A stretch of DNA of 64,000 nt from Chlorokybus atmophyticus. Lineage: Eukaryota; Plantae; Mesostigma and Chlorokybus algae. The position numbers were made by a program, and so were the translations under genes. The notes beneath the pieces are model-generated. The model was given only the letters and a program-made list of their open reading frames with translations, was not told where the DNA came from and ran no database searches. Every line of letters begins with the position of its first letter. Within the stretch, counting starts at the first letter, position 1. The stretch is taken from positions 33,630 through 97,629 of the forward strand of contig RHPI01000890.1 of assembly GCA_009103225.1 (NCBI GenBank). The letters run 5' to 3'. Of the stretch, positions 33,675-46,700 are shown piece by piece.

Positions 33675-35983
33675 ATGGCGGGCTGCGGATGCGTGGGCGG
33701 CAGCTGCGTCAGCACCCGCTGCAGCTGCCGGCGGTCGGGCCAGGCCTGCGGGGCGCTGTGCGGCTGCAACCGGGCGGCGGACGCTGACAACGGCACCAAC
33801 GCCGCCGGCCCCTCCGCCTGCACCAACACGCTCCATGCCCTGCTACAGCAGCAGGCGCCCCGCCTTCGCCGCCCGGGGATCAGTGTGCCCGCCGACCTCC
33901 TCCGGCCCTACTCCCGGCAGCCCGTGAGAGGCGGCCGCCGCCCGCCCGATCCTGCCGCCGCCGCCCAGGCCGCCGCCGGCGCTGCGGCTGCCACCATCGC
34001 AGGTACTACTCTTACTACGAGACCCAGGTTCAGTTGCTGCCCAACCCCAGCTTACTGCTATCTGTTGTTGTCAGCCAGATGAAGTACAGCTAGGGTTTGA
34101 TCTGATTGTCAACAGCAGTTCAGCAGTAGCGAGCTGAATGTTGTTGAGCATGTTGCGTGGTGTTTGTGAGAGCATGGCTTGTCCTCCACTCGAGCAATAC
34201 TACATCTCGCCTACGCACACGTATGCATCGCAAGTTCTTATTGCCGATGTTGCACTACATGCTTGGAGTGTGCATTCGTTCAGTGCAATGGTCATGCAGC
34301 GGTCTTTTGCAGTATTTGTGGATGCTTTCGCAAACACGTATATCAAGGCGTTTGCTGTAACATCATACCTTGTTGCTAATCTGGTTGGCGCTGTTGTCAG
34401 TGAGATGAAATTTGAACACTGATACATAGGATAGGACACACATGCTGACTAGTATTGCACTTGCAGCTGCGGCGCTGCCACCGCACGCCTTCCATCACCT
34501 TCACGACTTGTCTTCTCGTGACAGTGGCGCCAGCACGAGCAGTAGCAGCAGCAGCAGCGGGTCGGAGAGGGGAGGAGGGAGTGCGAGGGGGCCACATCCG
34601 AGCGGCAATAACAACTCTTCAACAACAAACAGGCATGTGGACCTCATCCCAGCAACCCGCCCATTGAACAATAACGCGGATATCGCACGTCCCAGTATGG
34701 CGACGCAACATCATCAACAACAGCACCAGCAACGGCAAAGGCCTGCACCCCCGTGCCGGTATTTTGCTGCAGGATGCTGCAGGTGAGCATGGACAAGGTT
34801 TCTGATATGTTGGTAGTTGTGCTTTGGTATTGTCTAACAAGTTGTTTGTGTGCAGGTTTGGGGCGGAGTGCATTTACTCGCATGATCAAGCCGCAGCAAA
34901 CAGGCCAATGCGTGAAAGGCCTGAGACGCCAGTCTGCGTGTACTTTGTATCCGGCAATTGCAGAAACGGCGACAGCTGCATGTTCCGGCATGTGTATGCA
35001 ACACCTACATCTTCCGAGCAACAGCAGGCGCCGGTTGCTGTGGCAGTTACCTCAACAACTCCCACTCTATGCGCAGTCTCGGACAACATTGGCACAGTGT
35101 GTGCATCTGAGGATGAAGGACCGGACACTTGTGGCGTGTGCTTTGAGGACGTACAGAAGGCCAAGAAGCGGTATGAGTCATAGCTGGCTTGTTCGTTTGT
35201 CTGCGTAATCTCTATCAACGATGGGGCTTGTTGTGTCGGTTCAAAAGGAGAAGCACTTACCCTTGTGTGCAGGTTTGGGCTGCTGACAGAGTGTGACCAC
35301 TGTTTTTGTTTGGAGTGTTTGCGCACGTGGCGGCAGCGCGAGGGGCAGGAGCTCTCCGTGGTGAGGTCCTGTCCAGCGTGCCGCAAGCTCAGCCACTTTG
35401 TGGTGCCGTCCGCCACGTTCTGCAAGGGGGAGGAGAAGCAGCGCGTGATCGCCGCGTACAAAGCAACACTGGCAAGACAACCGTGCAGATACTATCAGTC
35501 CTCAGGTATAACAAAGCGTGCTTTAGTGCAGATCAAGGCTATTGTCGCTTGACTGGAAGAGAAGAAGCATGTGTTGGTTGTATTCTTATTGGCTGACCTG
35601 CTTGTGCGTGTGGCTGCGTCTCTGCAGGTACTTGTCGGTTTGGGCCCCATTGCTTCTATGCGCATGTGGACAGCGATGGCACGGACGCGAAGCCGAAGCA
35701 GGCGCAGGATTGGACGAAGCGGGCAGAAAGGCGGCGGCGGCGGGAAGAGCAGGCTCAGCAACAGCGCAGGCGTGCGATATCTGCTGCGCATGCGTTCGGG
35801 GCAGGCACCGCTGCAACAGGCGACGGCAGCACCGCCTCGGACGTGTCCAACACCTTCCAGCGCATGCTTGAGATGCTCGAGGAGCTCTACTCGGAGACGG
35901 ACTCTGTGTCTGAACTGCTCTCTCAAGGCGACTGGCTGGAGGATGAGGACTACGGCTATTCCTCGGAGGAAACGCTTGAATAA
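33675..35983 (+). CDS. MKRN: Makorin-like CCCH/RING-HC E3 ligase with an N-terminal Cys-rich module
   Basis: Predicted exons 33675-34002, 34467-34782, 34856-35170, 35273-35505, 35628-35983, all GT-AG and in phase. CRYFAAGCCRFGAECIYSH, CVYFVSGNCRNGDSCMFRH, CGVC...CDHCFCLECLRTWR...CPACR, CRYYQSSGTCRFGPHCFYAH. Confidence 0.88.
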
Positions 35984-36764
35984 AGAATCTAGCCGTGAGA
36001 TTGATAACGCCATGAATGCTCTTGTGGCACTTGTGCAGACTTTTTTCATTTTCATTTGTAAAGTGTGGTGTTTTAGCCATGGTCCGGTGCGCAGTCTGCC
36101 TTGGCATGCTGCCCTGCGGTTGTAAAGAATACTATGGAAGGGCTGACTGCTGTTTGGCGTGCGTGCTGCTGGGGCAGTGGTACACAGTGCTGTTGCACAG
36201 TACAGCACATGTCATGAGACTTTGTTAGAAGACGGGAAACAGAATGACGCGAGAATAGCCTGTGTCAATGCCTATCACAACCCCGACTCCAACCTGATCA
36301 GATCAGTGCTACTACATATCGAGGTACATAAGCACAAGTACATACGCAGGCCAAAATGCTCCATGATTGAATCGCGTTGCCGTATATTGCGATATAGTAG
36401 TGACACAGCAATTGGTATTGGCAATGACTCGCTGCATAACACATGTCTATGCATGTGTCATGTTGTTGCATACATAGTTGCACTTTCTGTATACAATAGT
36501 GCGGAGTAGTGGTACACTACATCCACTGTAGATGTAGAACCCGTTGGTAGAGCATGCATGTGAAGCTGTTGGTAATGTGAGTGGTGTGTACAGAAAATGC
36601 AAGTGATCATGATACATGCAACATGCATGACACATGCATTGTTCATCAAGCTCATCATCATGCAATGATTATTTACCACTGGGTCTACCTACACTAGCCA
36701 CACGTAACTATTGTAACTACTGCCTTCAACCCCCATCAGACATACATGCATGCATTTGCTCATA

Positions 36765-39700
36765 CTGTAGTTTAGAGTCAGGCGCGTTGACTCGCTCAGG
36801 GTTAGATCCAACTCATTGACATACACCACTGCAGCAGCCTCATCACTGACGATCTTGTAGTCAGTGTCTTTCAGCAGACCTTCTAGCCTGGAGTACAGGC
36901 GTAGAGGGTCCTCGTTGGGCTTGCGTCGAAACCGTCTCAGCTCCTCCACTTTGCTGAGGGTTTGAGGTGGGAAGGTGCAACGAAATGCAGCGTATAGGTC
37001 CTTGAGTGGATAGTCAGAGATGGCAGCACCCACAGTAATGGCTGGTGCGCGCAGTGCGACTGACCCGAGGGTGAAAAGCACTGCCTCCTGCACGAGAGCC
37101 AGGTGTTGCTTGAAGTAGAGGTGTGCCCACCTCAACGGCTGCAGCGCGTTGTTCTTCAAAGATAGCAGCAGAATGGTCCAGGATTTCGGCCCGTCGTGCG
37201 ACCGTCTTAATCTCAATCTTTGCAGGGGTCAGGTTGACGATCACAAACTCAGGCTCCTCCTCCTCTGCCCGCTCGATGGCTGCAGCTACGGACAAGCCGG
37301 TGACTGCAGCTGGAGTGGCAGGTGGAGCGACGGCTGCTAAACTGTGCAGTGACGCAGATGCTCTGGTGCTGGCGAGCTCGCCATAGCCATCAACTCGATG
37401 CAGTTCAGCAACAGGCTTCCGGACATTGTGTGCTTCATGGTCCAGATATTAAGCAGCAATGTGGAAACAAATTCCATCCAACCACTCGTTGTTCTTCAGA
37501 GCTTGCTGTCGCATCTTGGAATGGAGCTTGATGACTGCATCCAGAGAGGTGGAGCCAGCATGTCCGGAAAAGCGCAGGGATGTACTTGAGCTGGAAGACT
37601 CCAACTCGTAGTCGCCGCTGTTAGACGATAGTGAGGAAGCTTGATGGCCAGGAGTAGACCGGAACGGAGTGAAGCCACAGACAAAACGCGAGCCTTGTTG
37701 ACATACACACATTGAAATGCACATGCACACGGGTGACATGCTACATCACACTACAGCTTGTATTAAGGCAACAAGTCCGCGGGTCTTATACCCGCCCGAT
37801 TCTGCACCAGATACACACACTGCTGGTCTACAAGCTACACCGTACAAAATACTTAACCGAATCCTGTGCTATAAGTTGCACCACATAGCTAACTTGAAGA
37901 TCTACACAACAAGCTACGCCACTATGCATTTGGCTTTGTATCCACCAAGATCCAACGGTTCTTGTAAGCCCTTGCTCTGCAACCTGCTCGGACCCAGTCC
38001 GCAGTCATCGAGGTCCTCTCGTGTATTCCTATGCAAAGGGCAAGCTGACCGGATGTAGGAATACCTTCAACACTCCCATGCGGGCAGCTTGGCCTTCACC
38101 ACTTGCTTCTTTGTCAATCATGTATGGTGAACTCCCACGCGCTCCTTGCTTCTCTTCTTGGCGACCTTGTGCGCGATCATGGTTGAACGACACCCGAGCT
38201 CCAGCTCTTCCATGCTTCCCATCAACGCTTCAAACCTGTTCACCTTGACGTTCTTGTTGTCTTCACCCGCAAGCTTGATCTCCAGCTTGCTCTTCTTCAC
38301 TTGCACTTGCTGCACATGCTTGTTACCGCCCTTCACTTGCTGCACCTATCTTCCTTTGAGAGAACTTTTGCCTTCAGTGATCACCTTGACTTCGTTCTTC
38401 ACCACCTTTGGCACCTTACTATCAAGCGCTTGCTTGTAGCTTTTTGCAGCTCCCACGGGCTCTAAGCTTTCCTTCACAGCAATCTTCTGTGCCTTCTTGT
38501 TGCTCTGACCTTGTGGTTTCTTCTCAACCACCCTTGCCATTGTAGCAACTACCTTGCGCTCATTGTCCTCCTCCACGTAACAAAGTCCACCCTTATTGAT
38601 GCAGACTAGCTGTGTAACACCCCCAAGCACTATTCTAGCCTTGTACATATTTACAAACAGCAGTCGCACCAACCCTCGTGGCTACATGCACTGAGAACAA
38701 ATTTGCTGATGCATCTGGCACATGTAGTTGATCAGCACAATCTTCCTCACTTCGCCACCAACCTTGCACCTAAAGTTGACGTCCCCTTTTGCAACTGCTT
38801 GCAACATTGTCTTATTCCCGAAGTCCACCGTGACAGGCTTTGTGAGAGGAGTGTAGTTGACGAGCTTGCTCCTGTCGCTGGTGAGATGCCTCAAAGCTCC
38901 CGAATCCAGCACCCACCTAGGATACTCTGCTTCGTCTTCCGTTGCATGAAATGCAACCACTCTCCCTCTCCTCTTCACTTGACTTCTTCAACTTGGGACA
39001 CTTGTACTTGAAGTAACCACCCTCCCCGCAGTGCCAACACTCTGTACTGTTGCCTTAAGCGCTCTTCTTTCCGTATTTTAAAGCCGCAAACCGATTGCGT
39101 GACGCCACACCTCCGGGCGATGCTCCATTCTCCACTTCATCATCTTTCTTCAAGCGTTGCTCTTCTTGAAGAAGAAGAAGCCTTAGTGTCACCCCGTCAA
39201 GCGACAACTCTTCCGTCGTTGACTTCAAAATGGTAACAACCACTCGATACTCCATGGGCAAACCCGAGAGCACAGCCCACACCACCTCAACTTCCTTGAG
39301 CTCATGGCCAATGACCAACAAGTCTTTCCATAACGCTTTCGCCCGTGCTACAAACTTGCTTATTGGCTCCCCGCTCAGCTTTCGCAACTAGTTGAGTTCT
39401 TGTCTTAGCTGTAGCCTTCTAACCATGTTGCGCGACTTGAAGTGGCTTACCAACTTCAACCACAGCTCCTCCTTCGCGGTGCTGCATTCTCTCACCATCA
39501 CCAGATGATGCTCCGCAACATTCAAGCCTATCAAGGCTAATGCCTTCTTACTTTGTGTCGCCCAAATACTTGCTTGCCCTGCGGGCACTTTTTCTTTGGG
39601 GTCGACATACTTCCACAAGTCTTTGTGAATCAGTAGCAATTCCAACTTCATACTCCACATGCTATAGTTGTTAGCTTCAAGTGGCTCTGTTGTGATCTTC

Positions 39701-41334
39701 AAGCCGTCCATGCTTCAATTCTTCAAGTTGCCTTCTTTGCCTCTCGCAAAACTTGCAACCATCTCTTCAACTCTCGCCCAAGCTTTCAAAGTCTTTGAGT
39801 TGCCTTCTTAGTCTTTCGCCAAGCTTGCAACTTTCTCCACCAGTCTCTAAAGCCTTTTGAGTCTTCAGAGTCTTCAATCTTCAACCTTCAACCTTCAACC
39901 TTCGAAGTCTTCAGAGTCTTCCCGAAGCAACCACAGCTATGCACACAACTGCAACACACTTCAACCTACATGCATTTGTGGGCCCATAACCTGTTGACAT
40001 ACACACATTGACAAGCACATGCACATGGGTGACATGCTACATCACATTACAGCTTGTATTAAGGGCAACAAGTTCGCGGGTCTTATACCCGCCCGATTCT
40101 GCACCAGATACACACATTGCTGGTCTACAAGCTACACCGTACGATATATTTAACCGAATTTTGTGCTGTAAGTTGCACCACGTAGCTAACTTCAAGATCT
40201 ACACAACAAGCTACGCCACGTGTTATTTGGCTCTGTATCCACCAAGATTTAACGGTTCTTGTAAGCCCTTGCTCTGCAACCTGCTCGGACCCAGTTTGGA
40301 GTCATCGAGGTCCTCTCGTGTATTCCTATGCAAAGGGCAAGCTGACCGGATGTAGGAATACCTTCAACAAGCCTCTGCTGCTGCGATCGCTACTCCCATC
40401 GCTGGTCCGCTCGTAGGTGAGATTAGAGGTTGGGCTTCAGCTGCTAAGGTCACCCTCGTTTATTGGAGAAAACGAGGTGGGCCTGCTCATACAACTAGTC
40501 CATAGGTGAAAGTGTTTAAAGGGTAGCGTGTTCGTGCTCTACTGTCTGTCTTGATGCTGCTACCACTCACCACACTAGTGCTTGTGTGCGCACTATGTGA
40601 TGACAGTGATAACGAATGCACAGAGATGTATCCCCGGATACAGACTGCACTATCTGATGCAGAATGCGACGCACTCACTTAAGCAAAGAGGGTGACACTG
40701 TGGGTAAACAAGCCACTACGATAGGTAGTGCTGTATATACAGTTTTTGCATGAGTAGATGATGTGTTACACTGTTAAGTGAGGTGAATGAACAAGCAACG
40801 CAGAGATGCTATGTCCTGACTGATGCAGCAAACACATCACCGCCAAGCTCACAGCAATGACAAGCACAGCGTACAAGAGCATACACTGTGTCTCACGCAG
40901 TAAGGAAGTTCTTGGCAACTGGGACGGTGTGCTTCCAGTTCAAGTTGCTTCACAAGATTTAAAAGGCAGAGTCTTTACTCTTAGTACTTACTCACAGTGT
41001 CACCAGCGAGTTTAGTGACACGACTTCCTACTTAAACATGCCATGACTGTGCCACGCGGGCACTAGGCAACGGTCTCATCGAGGCCGTATGCTACTACGA
41101 AAACCCTCTAAGACTCGATATAGCACATAAGCTGATAACAGGATTTTGATTGATCAGCTACGCGCGGTTCCTACAGAGAGGTCTATAGAGTAGCCCTAGC
41201 TACATGCTACATGAAGTACAAAGTAGCTAGCAGTAGGCTGGGGCGCGCGCGGTCTTCATGCTGGTAGCCCGGGCTTGGGGCTGGATGTAGGGATGCTCGA
41301 GGAGGACTGCCATGCGAGGGTATTTGGCATGACA
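36765..41334 (-). mobile_element. Truncated second member of the gypsy family (B repeat 40699-41334, leader, gag 5' part), interrupted by copia C
   Basis: 36765-37695 and 40370-40690 are homologous to 25030-26287; the B-like repeat ends GGCATGACA. Confidence 0.88.
37696..40369 (-). mobile_element. Ty1/copia derivative C (gag and protease only, no INT/RT/RH)
   Basis: LTRs 37696-38072 and 39992-40369, PBS at 39980-39991, PPT CGCATGGGAG, TSD AGCCT at 37691-37695 and 40370-40374. gag NNYSMWSMKLELLL, protease WVLDSGALRHLT. Confidence 0.93.
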
Positions 41335-43143
41335 GCCTCGTGGTTTAAGCAAGGCGCAGCCATGCAACAAAACATTACATCTGACCAGTTGGGGGTCTTG
41401 ATTGCATGGTAGCTCAACCTGGAGTCAAACTTGATTATGATCCATTCGTCCAGCGGTGTTAAACCAAGACGTCTAGACAAGGTGAGACCATGGGTGAAGC
41501 CTGCTGACTCCATGTCCTCATTGTCGAGCTAGTCCATGAAGTCTTCAACTCGATGACGAGAAGTGGTATGTCTCTGACCGTGTGCTGTTGATTTTCGGTT
41601 CGGTGTTGTCGTCGCCCTCTTCTTCGCCGTATCGGCGGTAGGATAGGCCAAAGCCCAACCAGCTGCTGAAGTCGCTGGTGTTCTCTTCAGCAACAAGAGA
41701 AAGTCTGTAACGATGCGTGGACTCTCTGGCTGCTGGGGACGCACTCATGCAAATAACACGGTGAGCGAAGGAGAATGCGAGGCAGAGTGTGTGTGCTCTA
41801 CTCCAACTCTCTCAATGCTACCACCCAACACACTAGTGCGTGTAGCTGCACTATGTGCTGAAAATGATAACACTACACTGATGCAACCAATGTCACTGCA
41901 AGCAACACTAATACAATGCACTCACTTTTACAAGGAGGATGACACTGTAAGTCAACAACCCACCACGAGAGGTAGTGATGCTTATATAGTTCCTTGCATT
42001 CCTCTGTTAAGTTAGGTGTATAAATGCGGCAACACGTAGATACCAAACTTCGATGCGAACTACACAACGTGCACCCACGCAACCACAATCACATCAAGTG
42101 ACAAGCAATGCACGTGTGTATGCACTTCACTCTCTCACGTGTAGCATGTGTCTTGGCTTACGGGGTGGCGAGGTGATGCAGTCACATCAAGCCACAACCC
42201 TCAGAGAGCAAGTTCAAAGCACTTGTAAAGATTACTTCGCATTTTACAATTCCCAAGTCCTCAAGTCTCACTTACAGTGTTATCAACGTACAGAGACTAA
42301 GCCTTTATAGTCAAGCAACAACTGTTCAGTTTTTGAATAACGGGTAATTTACGAAATGACCCTAATACACCTAGATCATTCTCACAACGGATCAGCTAGT
42401 ACGGCTATGACTGAATGTCAGGTACCTATGCGATCTGACTTCGAATGGCTGCGTGTTGCGCGGGACCCATGCCGATAGGCGGAGTTGATGCCTGGCTATA
42501 GGCATAGCTGACGGTAATGCCTCCTGATGCTGGTAGCGCGGGTGTAACGGCAAGGTAAATAAGATTACCATAAATTGATCATATAAGCACCAGGTCTTTT
42601 GTGGTCAAGTGGGCTGTGACATTGGTCATCAGAGTTTGAGACCCGGGTTCGATTCCTGCTTTGCACACGATTTCCGCGGTCGTTGTTTCTCGATCCAATA
42701 ACATCGTAAATGGTCATTTATAAGTGCCATCATCAATGGGTCGCGACTTGCCTAATGGCAGTCGCGCCGAACTGACCAGTTCAGTCGGCGCGGCAGGGCG
42801 CGACCTGCCTATCGCGGCGACGCGACCTGTGGGGCCAGCAGCGGCGCGATATGCGCGCGTTGACCGGTGTGGGCCTAAATTGGCCGGTCCTTGGACGGTG
42901 GGGCCGGTGACCGACCCTAAATCAGACCCCTGGGATTGATTCCCCAGCTGATGGGCGCCAGCTGCCGAGGCCGTCAGCGTTCTTAAGTGGGGGGGAATGT
43001 AACGGGAAGGTACATTAAATTACCACAAATCGATCATAAAAGCACCAAGTCTTTTGTGGTCGAGTGGGCTGTGACAGCGGGGATAAGGTTTGGTTGTAAG
43101 CATCTACGATGAAGTTGGCCCCTCCTGGACCGCTAGCGTGACA
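41335..43143 (-). mobile_element. Third, more diverged gypsy family member (B-like repeat 41946-43143 with a TRIM inside, leader, gag N-terminus)
   Basis: LDEWIIIKFDSRL...NWSD...LNHEA is homologous to gag LDKFIIKFHSKM...DWSD...LDHEA; the repeat starts TGTAAGTCAACAA and ends GCGTGACA. Confidence 0.75.
42543..43076 (+). mobile_element. TRIM (534 bp) with 79-bp LTRs
   Basis: LTRs 42543-42621 and 42998-43076 (TG..CA), PBS-like TGGTCATCAGAG at 42623-42634, PPT GGGGGGGAA before the 3' LTR, TSD GCGGG at 42538-42542 and 43077-43081. Confidence 0.92.
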
Positions 43144-43767
43144 ATAAATGCATGAGAGTTAAAAAGATATGAGCTGGGGAGGAAGCATGAACCCGGTTGT
43201 GAAGCATGTACGTCATTTTCAGGCCATGATGCATGCCAGCATGCGCATCTTTGACACGGTGCAGCATGTTCAAAGTGTACAAACGAAAAGGGTATGCTGC
43301 TGTGCCAGCATGCATGGTGTAAAACATGCCACCAACATGCATAGCGTCGAACACAACGCATCCACCGCCATATATATCACAACACCGCCACCGGGCTGCG
43401 GCTATCCACCATTATAACTACTTTACTACCTGCCCCGTTAGTCCTGCATACATGCATGGTCAGGTTGGTCACCTGCACCGCGGCTGTGTGAAGCAACATT
43501 GTGCATGCTGCAATTGTTCTTTGCATCTATCCACACATGCCGTACACTGTCCTTCTGTCATTGCTGTTAGCTTATGCATCAGCCACGGATGCAACGATGA
43601 ATAGGAGGTGATGCATAGTACGCAGGCAATTGGCAGCTGGCATGGTGTGCGGCACAATGCTGCAATGTTCCATGCATGAGTACAACAAACCTACGCGCAT
43701 CAGCAATGACAGCTCAAGTATGTGCAGTGCCATTGCAATATTTCTCAACAGTCAAAGCACAGTCGAG

Positions 43768-46700
43768 TCAGTGTATTTCTTTGCGCTCGTCCATGTGCAC
43801 TCCCAACCGCTGCAACTCTGCCAGCACTGAGGACAAAGCAAAAGTTAGCGACTTCAATGAGTGACAGATTTCACAGCTCAGAACGTTGCATGACCACAAT
43901 GCAAGCCACTGCACACGCGAGGATGAGTCACATGGGCAATGTATGCATCATCAACTCACCTGGCTCGTAAACTTGAGCACTGATTGGCCGAACCACACCA
44001 AACTGGTCGATGCATCCAGACAGAAGCAACATCACGCCTATGGCAGCCGGGAGGCCCACCGTGCGTGCCATGGCTGTATCCCGCTCATCGCCAAATGCCA
44101 GCAGGGTTGCACTATGCTGCTCCGAGGCACGTGATGGGTACACAACTTGCAACTCGTGATGCAGCAACACCATATCCTGCGGACCATGGGAGAGTCATGC
44201 AACTGCTTCACTCTGTTTGATTGACTCGATTGGGCACTGCACCTAACCACCAAGGAATGCACGCACGCACGCATGCACATGCAGGGACACGCATGCAAAC
44301 ACACACACAAGCACCTGCTGCCCAGGCTGGTACATCAGCTTCGACTCCAGCAATGAGCACATCGCATCCATGGGGCTTTTTACGTTCGCGTGTATGGGTG
44401 TGTCATCCAGAAACCCAAGTCTCCTACAGCATGAGTCCAATTCAGTGAGTTTGTTCATGTATACACTGAGAGCAACGCTCGGGGTTATACCTCAGGCTAC
44501 CCATGATGCCCTTTGCATCAGCGACACTGCCGCAAGCTCCCACCGCAGCCATAGCTGATGCCACAGCGCTCAAGTCTTCGTCCTGTCCAACTTGCTGCTT
44601 CTTGCGTGCCAAAGCCCAAAACAACTGCAGTACACCAGGGCCAGAATTAGCTGCAAGTCACAACTGATGAAAAACAGGATGATAAGCGGAGCAATAAGCC
44701 TACCTGCTGGTGATTGCGAAGCTGTCCCAGCATAGACAGCTGCAGCTCCGCATCAAAGTACCCCAACCATGCGACTGCGTTCATGATCTTACTGAAGCCC
44801 TGATACCGCAAGGTGGCCCGGAAAACAGTCGAGGCTTCGGCATCGATGCCATACAACTGACCATACGACAGGGAATCGCGATTGGGTAGCCGTTCGAGTG
44901 CAAAAGCAGGGAGCTGCGGAAGACTCATTGGCACCGCCGACTTGAACAGATCTTCTCCGCGAATCTGTTGAATGAACATGAGCAAGCCGTGACACAACAA
45001 GTCAACATGTAAAGACTGACCTCAACTTTGCGACCATCCCACTTGTATGACGCGGCATTGCGGCCGGCCGCCAGAGCCCCGCGCGGGTTCCAGCTGAACC
45101 TGTAGCCCAGCGGGTTGTTGGCCGCAGCGGGAGCCGGCAAGCCACCGCACATGGAGATGAAGGACTTCACCCTACCGCCCTCGCTGTGAACGCGATCGAT
45201 CATCTGCATCGCCGCCATATGATCTGCATTTACCAACTTGCTCAGTCAAGTTTAGTCTTGTTGAAATGAGGAAGGCACTTCTACTCTATTACATACCAAC
45301 TCTTGCACCAGGATGGCACAACATGATGCTTACCAATGCCTGGATCGAGCCCAAGTTCGCATAGTAGTGTGACTCCGGCAGCTTTCGCCTTGTCGTGGAG
45401 CGCGGCCATCTGTTGGCTGACGTAGCTCGCAGTCACCAGATGGCGCCCTGACGCGATGCACAGCTCCGCAACCGATACGTGGCACTCTGGCGGCAGCAGG
45501 CTGACCACAACATCCGCCTGAAGGAGTCAATGAGAAACATCACACGAACTGAGTACCTCTGACCTCATGATCCCAACAGACAGCCAAGATAAGGCTGGAG
45601 CACCTGTTGGACGCAACTCTGTGTGGCAGCCAAGTCTGATGAGTCCAGCTGCAACGGAGTAGCTGAAGCACTAGGCAGGCCATCAGTCACCTGTAAAGAA
45701 GGTATCGTCTCTGAGAACCCTTGCACAAGGGCTACACGCATGAGGTTGTGATGCGAACAATGACTGAGCAAACATGAAAGCCGAATGCAAAGAGAAGCAA
45801 ATGTCAAACAATCACCTTCTTAGCGTCTTGCAGGTAGAGAGAGGCCACAGTAACATGAACATGCTTGCCATGGACATTGATGCTGGCAAGATACCGCACG
45901 AGAGGAGCGCAGACCCGTCCGGCACCTAGAACGAGCACCTTTCTGTGATTGCAAAATTTGTCGGAATGGGTCCGCGACGGTGCTTTGTGGTCGAGGCTCA
46001 CGTGCAGCTCTGCCACTTCCGTGCTGATGGACGGTGACAGCTTTGGAGACGTTATCCCCGCAACTTCAGCTATGCGGCGAATGATGCCGTCCAGAGCGTC
46101 TTTGGATGCTGCAGACACCTGCAAACCACACATACCAATTGATGAACCCAATCTTGTACCAAGTCTCGCATGACACGCGTACTCATTTACGCATACACGC
46201 ACATGCAAGCACACACACGCAGACACATACACACAAGCAAATGCTGATATCTTATGTCCTCCAGGCAATCAACCAACCCGTAATGCAGCTGTGGAGCTGT
46301 GAAGTCTGGTCTGGCCCAGGTTCCAGTCAACAAGCCTGAATCTGCCGCCAGCTTCTTCAATAATGTCGAGCGCATCATTGATGACAAACGTGTCGAACAG
46401 GTGCCCCGTGAGCGACACGGTTGTAGCAAAGGGGTGCTCATCATCTTCACTCTGCAAAGTCACAGATCAGGAGCAGCTTTGATATGCACTGTCATTCCAG
46501 TCATGTTCACCAGCCTGGGGAGAAAGTCAACTAAGCTTACCTGTGGGTGGCCGCGCTGCTCCTGAGCCACCTGCTCTTGCCGCATGCGCTCGATGTACTC
46601 ATACAAAGGTGTCAAGCTGGAGACACAATATCAACAACAGCAATAAGCAGTACGCTCAGGCAATGCACTCATCGTCAACGGCAGCATTTCTTTCTGGGAT

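Noticed and set aside
42594-42666. Functional tRNA gene
   Set aside because: A box, B box and T arm are present but no acceptor or anticodon stem could be folded; it is part of the TRIM.
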